Source: Alphaproteobacteria bacterium (GTDB lineage Bacteria > Pseudomonadota > Alphaproteobacteria > MPNO01). Taken from it: a stretch of 64,000 bases of DNA. The notes under the pieces are model-generated. The model was not told the DNA's origin. It saw nothing but the letters and a program-made list of their open reading frames with translations, and ran no database searches. The translations under genes and the position numbers were made by a program. Positions 58,997 to 64,000 of the stretch are shown here, piece by piece. Numbering within the stretch: position 1 is the stretch's first letter; every line of letters begins with the position of its first letter. The stretch lies in contig CBDFLJ010000001.1 of the NCBI GenBank assembly GCA_965248835.1, forward strand, positions 800,001-864,000. The letters are read 5' to 3'.

Positions 58997-59035
58997 AGAA
59001 AAACCGGTTTCCCCCGGGTTCCCTCCGGTTTTTCT
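58997..59035. terminator. Inverted repeat / probable intrinsic terminator
   Basis: agaaaaaccgg (58997-59007) and ccggtttttct (59025-59035) 11-bp arms, immediately downstream of the dctP remnant. Confidence 0.55.
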
Positions 59036-59044
59036 GAGATGCCG

Positions 59045-59269
59045 CTACCGGCCGATCAGGGCGCACAGCTTCTTGCCGAGCACGGGGTCGCGCTTTTCGA
59101 CGACATCCCATTGCGAGGTATAAGCAAGCTCGCCGAACGTCTTCGCGTCCGCGCCGGTCAGCGACAGCACTTTCATGCCCTTGGCGACGAGCTGCTCGCC
59201 GGCAAGGGCATCCTTGCGGCCGAGATCGCGCGAAAGCTCGTTCTCCAGGTACAGCCCGGCCTTTGTCAA
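59045..59269 (-). pseudogene. C-terminal remnant of a second dctP paralogue
   Basis: TKAGLYLENELSRDLGRKD...AYTSQWDVVEKRDPVLGKKL aligns with the last ~74 aa of the adjacent DctP. Confidence 0.85.
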
Positions 59270-59302
59270 ACGCCCGAGCTCGGCGCCTGCCGTCCGTCCG
59301 CC

Positions 59303-60517
59303 TCAGAAATTGTCCGAGCCCGGCGGCAGGCCCAGCGCGACGCGGCCGTAGAGCGCGCCCATGACGTCCCATTGCATGGTGATGTGCATCGCCCCGGCCG
59401 TCGCATCGCGCCAGTAGCGCTGCAGGGCGCTGGTGGTGAACAGACCGCCGCCGCCGCCGCCCTTGAACAGGGCGTCCACCGCATCGATGGACAACTTCAC
59501 GGCGAACGCCTGGTTTCGCTTGAACCGGGCGCGTTGTTCGACGCTGAGGCTGTCGCCGCCGGCCACCGTCGAGACGATCTCGCGGCAGTCGTGGCGGACC
59601 AGGACCCGGCCGGCATCGATGGCGGCCGCAGCCCCGCCCACGCGAAGCTGGACGCCTGGGAGTTCGGCCATCGGCACCGCGCTGGTGATCGACGCGCCGC
59701 GGGTGATGCGTTCGCGAATGCCGCCGGTGAACTCGTCGAACGCGCCCTGGGCCATGCCCATGACCGCCGCGCACAAGCTGATCGAGATCACGGTGAACAT
59801 GGGAATGCGATAGAGCGCGGCCGGGTTGACCGCCGATCCGGGCGGCCGGCCCGAGCCGGCGTCGGCGAGCGACAGGAACCGGTGGGCGGGCACGAAGACC
59901 TCGCGGCATGCGATGTTCTTCGAGCCCGTGCCGGCGAGGCCGATGACGTGCCAGTTGTCCTCGATGTCGAATTCGGACGTCGGCACCAGGATGAGGCCGC
60001 GGCCCGTCGGTTCTTCCCCGCCCGCAGCCGGCACCTCGACGCCGAGGATCATCCAGCCGCAATTGTCCACGCCCGAGCAATACAACCACTTGCCCGACAG
60101 AAGGTAGCCGCCATCGACCGGGACGGCGTCGCCCGAGGGCGAGAACGAAGCGGCGCTGACCGCGCGCGGATCGACGCCCCAGACGTCGTCCTGGGCCTGT
60201 TCCGGATAGAGCCCGACCAGGAGCTGGTAGGCGCTGGTGATCGCATAGACCCATCCGGTCGAGCCGCAGCCGCGCGCGACCTCGAAGGCGACATCGAGAT
60301 AGGTCTCCAGATCATGCTCGAACCCGCCGTGGCGCGCGGGGACCAGCAGGCGAAACAGATCCGCATCGATCAGCGCATCGAAACTCTGCTGCGGGACGCG
60401 GCGCGCTGCCTCGGTTTCGACCTGAACCGCGCGGAACCGCACGGCCAGGTCCTGCGCCCGCCCGACCAGCACCTCGGGCGGGACCACGGAGCGCGACGTT
60501 TTGCGGTTTGCGGACAA
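59303..60517 (-). CDS. Acyl-CoA dehydrogenase-fold flavin-dependent monooxygenase (HsaA/C2-HpaH-like)
   Basis: LLVPARHGG, CGSTGWV, LSGKWLYCSG, WHVIGLAGTGSK, LQRYWRD....H. Confidence 0.88.
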   Translation of the reverse strand: MSANRKTSRSVVPPEVLVGRAQDLAVRFRAVQVETEAARRVPQQSFDALIDADLFRLLVPARHGGFEHDLETYLDVAFEVARGCGSTGWVYAITSAYQLLVGLYPEQAQDDVWGVDPRAVSAASFSPSGDAVPVDGGYLLSGKWLYCSGVDNCGWMILGVEVPAAGGEEPTGRGLILVPTSEFDIEDNWHVIGLAGTGSKNIACREVFVPAHRFLSLADAGSGRPPGSAVNPAALYRIPMFTVISISLCAAVMGMAQGAFDEFTGGIRERITRGASITSAVPMAELPGVQLRVGGAAAAIDAGRVLVRHDCREIVSTVAGGDSLSVEQRARFKRNQAFAVKLSIDAVDALFKGGGGGGLFTTSALQRYWRDATAGAMHITMQWDVMGALYGRVALGLPPGSDNF

Positions 60518-60520
60518 GGT

Positions 60521-61717
60521 CTATTGCGCCCGATGTGCCTGGTTGAGCCGTACAGCGCCGTATGCGGCAAGCCCCACCAGGCTGGCGATGGCGATCGCGG
60601 TGACCATCGGCGCGTGGGTGCCGTCATCGAAGGCGCCCACCAGCGCACCGGTCAGCGCGGCCGCGCCGAGCTGCACGAAGCCGAGCAGCGCGGACGCCGC
60701 GCCGGCCGCCCTGGGGAAGGGCGACAGAGCGCCCGCGGTCGACGGCGGCAGGATCAGCGCGAAAAAGAACATGTAGAAGAAGACCGGCAGGACGATCGCA
60801 GCGACCGCATGGACTCCGGCCAGCGCGAGGATTGCGATCGACAGCGCCGAGACCAGCCCGCCCAGCGTCCCGATCAGCAGCAGCCGGTCGAGCCCGAGGC
60901 GGCCGACCAGCCGGGCGCCGGTCGGATAGCCGACAAGGTTGCCCAGCATGACGATCGCGAAATAGAGGCTGAACTCTCGAGGGCTTGCGCCGAGGAAGAC
61001 GATCAGGGAAGCGGGCGAGCCGATCAGGAATGCGAACAGCGCCGAGAACGAGGCCGCGCCGCAGGCGACATAGGCCCAGAAGAGGCGGTTGGCCGCCGGG
61101 GCCGCGAACGCCCGGGCGAGTCGGCCAGGGTGGAGCGCGTGCGGGTCGCGCTGCGCGTTGGTCTCCGCCAGCCAGCGGCCGTGCACTATCAAGGCGAGCG
61201 CGCCGTAGGCGATCATGATCCAGAATATCGACCGCCAGCCGACGGTCTCGGTCAGGTACGCCCCCAGGATCGGCGCGACGATCGGTGCGATAGCGAGCAC
61301 CAGAAAGACGTAGGACAGCACCTGAGAGGCCGCCTCCCGGTCGAGCCGGTCGCGGATGATCGCGCGGCTGACGGTCTGGGTCGCGGCCGCCGCGAAGCCC
61401 TGGATCAGTCGGGCGCCGATCACGGTGTCGATTCCCGGCGCCACCGCCAGCGCCAACGTGGCCGCGATATACAGGCCGAGCGCGCCGAGCATGACCGGCC
61501 GCCGGCCGAACCGGTCCGAAGCCGGTCCATGGAACAGCTGTCCCACCGCCATGCCGAGGACGAACAGGCTGAGGCTGAGCTGGATCGAGGACAGGTCGGT
61601 CGCCAGCCCCTCGGCCATCACCTCGGCGACGGGCAGGGCCGTGTCGATCGACAGCGGATCGAGGCCCACGACCATTCCCAGGAGCAAGGTGAGCAGCAGC
61701 TTCTCGCGGCGCTCCAT
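60521..61717 (-). CDS. Bcr/CflA family multidrug MFS transporter
   Basis: PLSIDTALP, GQLFHGPASDRFGRRPV, RLIQG, RAIIRD, GWRSIF, AGAASALLG. Confidence 0.92.
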   Translation of the reverse strand: MERREKLLLTLLLGMVVGLDPLSIDTALPVAEVMAEGLATDLSSIQLSLSLFVLGMAVGQLFHGPASDRFGRRPVMLGALGLYIAATLALAVAPGIDTVIGARLIQGFAAAATQTVSRAIIRDRLDREAASQVLSYVFLVLAIAPIVAPILGAYLTETVGWRSIFWIMIAYGALALIVHGRWLAETNAQRDPHALHPGRLARAFAAPAANRLFWAYVACGAASFSALFAFLIGSPASLIVFLGASPREFSLYFAIVMLGNLVGYPTGARLVGRLGLDRLLLIGTLGGLVSALSIAILALAGVHAVAAIVLPVFFYMFFFALILPPSTAGALSPFPRAAGAASALLGFVQLGAAALTGALVGAFDDGTHAPMVTAIAIASLVGLAAYGAVRLNQAHRAQ

Positions 61718-61719
61718 CC

Positions 61720-64000
61720 TCAGCCGGCCGGCAGCGCGCCACGGACCGCGCGCCAGATGCGCTCGGTCGTTGCCGGCATCTCGATATGGGCGATCCCGAG
61801 CGGCGACAGCGCATCGACGACGGCATTGGCGACCGCCGGCAGCGCGCCGACATTGCCGGCCTCGCCCGCGCCCTTGACGCCCAGCGGGTTGGTCGCGGTG
61901 GGCACCGGGTTCGACTTCACCGCCATCATCGGCAGATCGTCGGCCCGCGGCATGACATAGTCCATGAACGATCCGGTCAGGAGCTGGCCGGAGCCGTCCT
62001 CGAAGCTTATGTCCTCGAACAGCGCCTGGCCCAGCCCCTGGGCGATGCCGCCGTGGATCTGGCCCTTGAGCAGCAGCGGGTTCATTACCGTGCCGACGTC
62101 ATCGACCACGCTGTAGGCGAGAACCTCGACCTTGCCGGTCTCGGGGTCGATCTCGAGCTCGCAGATATGGCAGCCGTTGGGAAAGTTCATGGTGGTCGCG
62201 GTGTAGACCGCGCCGCCGGTCAGGCCTGGCTCCATGCCGGCCGGCAGCCTGTCCGGGTTGACGGCGGCGCGGGCGACCTCCTTGACACCGATCCGCCGGT
62301 CGGTGCCGGCGATGGTGAACACGCCGTCTTCGAAGTGCAAATCCTCCGGTGCGGCTTCCACCAGGTGGGCCGCGATCAGGCGGGCCTTTTCGATCACCTT
62401 CTCGGTCGCCATCAGCACCGCAGAGCCGCCCAGCGTCGCCGAGCGCGAGCCGCCGGTGCCGTGGCCGAAGGCGATTTTGTCGGTATCGCCCCAGACGTAA
62501 CGCACCTCCTCGGGGGCCAGGCCCAGCATGTCGCAGACGATCTGCTTGAAGACCGTCTCGTGGCCCTGGCCCTGGGTGATCGAGCCGGCGAGGATCGTCG
62601 CGGTCCCGCTGCGGTCGAAGCGGAGTTCCGCGCCCTCGATGCCCGCCGCCGCCGCGCGCTCGATGGTGTTGGACAGGCCGATTCCGCGCAGCCTGCCGCG
62701 CGTCGCGGCCGCGCGCCGGCGCTGCTCGAATCCGCCGAGACCGGCGAGTTCGATCGCCATGTCCATGTTGGCCTCGAACGCGCCGCAGTCATAGGTGAAG
62801 GTCAGCCCGGTCTTGAACGGCATCTGCGCCGGCGCGATGGTGTTGCGCCGGCGCAGGGCCACCGGATCGAAGCCCAGCCTGTCGGCCGCGATGTCGATGA
62901 TGCGCTCGATCACATACGCCGCTTCCGGCCGCCCGGCGCCGCGATAGGGCCGCGTCGGGTTGGTGTGCGAGAACAGTCCGGTCACGTCGACCGAGATCGC
63001 GGGTGTGGTGTAGACGCCGGCCAGCGTGCCCAGATTGACCACGCCGGGATTTGGCCCAGCCTGCATCAGATAGGCGCCGAGGTTGAACAGGGTGCGCACC
63101 CGCAGGGCGAGGAATTTTCCGTCCCGGTCGAGCGCCAGCGCGACATCGGTGACGTTGTCGCGCCCTTGCGCGTCGCTCAGGAAGGACTCGCTGCGGTCGG
63201 CCGTCCACTTGACCGGCCGGCCGATCAGCTTCGAGGACCACAGCGCCAGCGGGACCTCTGGGTAGATCTCCGACTTCATGCCGAAGCTGCCGCCGATGTC
63301 GCCGGCGATGATCCGGACATGGCTCTCGGGCACCTTGAGCACCGTGCCCGCCAGGCTCGCGCGGTAGGGGTGGGCCTGCTGCAGCGTGGTGTAGAGCGTA
63401 TAGAGGCCCTCGGCCGGATCGTAATGGCCGACGCAACCGCGCGGCTCCATGGCGTTGGCGGTGACCCGGTTGATCACGAAGCGATGCTCGATCACATGGG
63501 CGGCTGCCTCGATCGCCCGGTCGACCGCCGCCTTGTCGCCGGCCAGGTGGACGAAGCAGATATTGTCCGGACAGTTGTCCCAGACCGCCGGCGCACCCGG
63601 GCGCGCGGCCTGCGCGGTGTCGGTGACGGCGGGCAGCGGCGCGTAATCGACCGCAATCAGCTCGGCCGCGTCGCGGGCCTGGGCGGCCGTCTCGGCGACC
63701 ACGAACGCGACATAATCGCCCACCCGGCGCACCCGTCCATGCACCAGCGCCGGATAGGGCGGCACGTGCATAGGGCTGCCGTCGCGCATGGTGCGGCCGC
63801 TGCCGCGCGGCAGGTCGCCGAGGCCGGAGGCCGCCCAGTCCTCACCGGTCAGCACCGCCAGCACGCCCGGCGCCGCGCGCGCGGCCGCGCTGTCGATCGC
63901 GCGGATCTCGGCGTGGGCATGGGGCGAGCGCAGCACGCAGCCATGGGCCATGCGCGGCAGGACGACATCATCGACATATCGTCCGCCGCCGCGGAGCAGA
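61720..64000 (-). CDS. Xanthine dehydrogenase/CoxL-like molybdopterin-binding subunit, 5'-partial
   Basis: LRSPHAHA, IGGSFGMK, PYRGAGRPEA, QGQGHET, GTGGSRS, GQIHGGIAQG, KGAGEAG; runs off the window. Confidence 0.93.
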   Translation of the reverse strand, partial: LLRGGGRYVDDVVLPRMAHGCVLRSPHAHAEIRAIDSAAARAAPGVLAVLTGEDWAASGLGDLPRGSGRTMRDGSPMHVPPYPALVHGRVRRVGDYVAFVVAETAAQARDAAELIAVDYAPLPAVTDTAQAARPGAPAVWDNCPDNICFVHLAGDKAAVDRAIEAAAHVIEHRFVINRVTANAMEPRGCVGHYDPAEGLYTLYTTLQQAHPYRASLAGTVLKVPESHVRIIAGDIGGSFGMKSEIYPEVPLALWSSKLIGRPVKWTADRSESFLSDAQGRDNVTDVALALDRDGKFLALRVRTLFNLGAYLMQAGPNPGVVNLGTLAGVYTTPAISVDVTGLFSHTNPTRPYRGAGRPEAAYVIERIIDIAADRLGFDPVALRRRNTIAPAQMPFKTGLTFTYDCGAFEANMDMAIELAGLGGFEQRRRAAATRGRLRGIGLSNTIERAAAAGIEGAELRFDRSGTATILAGSITQGQGHETVFKQIVCDMLGLAPEEVRYVWGDTDKIAFGHGTGGSRSATLGGSAVLMATEKVIEKARLIAAHLVEAAPEDLHFEDGVFTIAGTDRRIGVKEVARAAVNPDRLPAGMEPGLTGGAVYTATTMNFPNGCHICELEIDPETGKVEVLAYSVVDDVGTVMNPLLLKGQIHGGIAQGLGQALFEDISFEDGSGQLLTGSFMDYVMPRADDLPMMAVKSNPVPTATNPLGVKGAGEAGNVGALPAVANAVVDALSPLGIAHIEMPATTERIWRAVRGALPAG

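Noticed and set aside
1-64000. CRISPR array or dispersed REP family
   Set aside because: No regularly spaced repeats seen; the intergenic hairpins (13678, 14353, ~57870, 58997) share no common sequence
61720-64000. Aerobic CO dehydrogenase (form I)
   Set aside because: The active-site loop is PYRGAGR rather than AYxCSFR; best called a generic Mo-hydroxylase large subunit

Overview
High-GC bacterial DNA with alphaproteobacterial gene content and order (Rhodospirillales-like by inference). Two conserved housekeeping blocks are present: nucleotidyltransferase-addB-addA-trxA...tRNA-Arg(CCG) at 1-8.6 kb, and dksA-tlpA-argH-lipoprotein-lysA-TIGR02302-hpt-zinc-ribbon-ftsEX-ydcF-plsC-nrdJ at 25-38.4 kb. 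They alternate with accessory catabolic regions. The first (8.6-25 kb) holds an HPF-CSD fusion, TauD, a formamidase-AmiS/UreI-FmdB operon, Fluc, a SprT protein, an orphan CoxL-like subunit and an NAD-linked formate dehydrogenase. The second (38.4-64 kb) holds an amidohydrolase, a LeuCD paralogue, PhyH, an RND pump, an LVIVD protein, a MetE-like protein, a TPP enzyme, gentisate dioxygenase, an LLM, a TRAP system, a flavin monooxygenase and a second Mo-hydroxylase subunit. I saw no integrase, transposase, CRISPR array or rRNA. The most unusual feature is an RND periplasmic adaptor carrying four EF-hand loops from a 153-bp internal duplication, a candidate Ca2+-responsive exporter. The window also contains at least six gene remnants, some collapsed by internal deletions, and two single-base frameshifts that may be sequencing errors. 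All product calls come from motif recognition by eye; no database searches were run.
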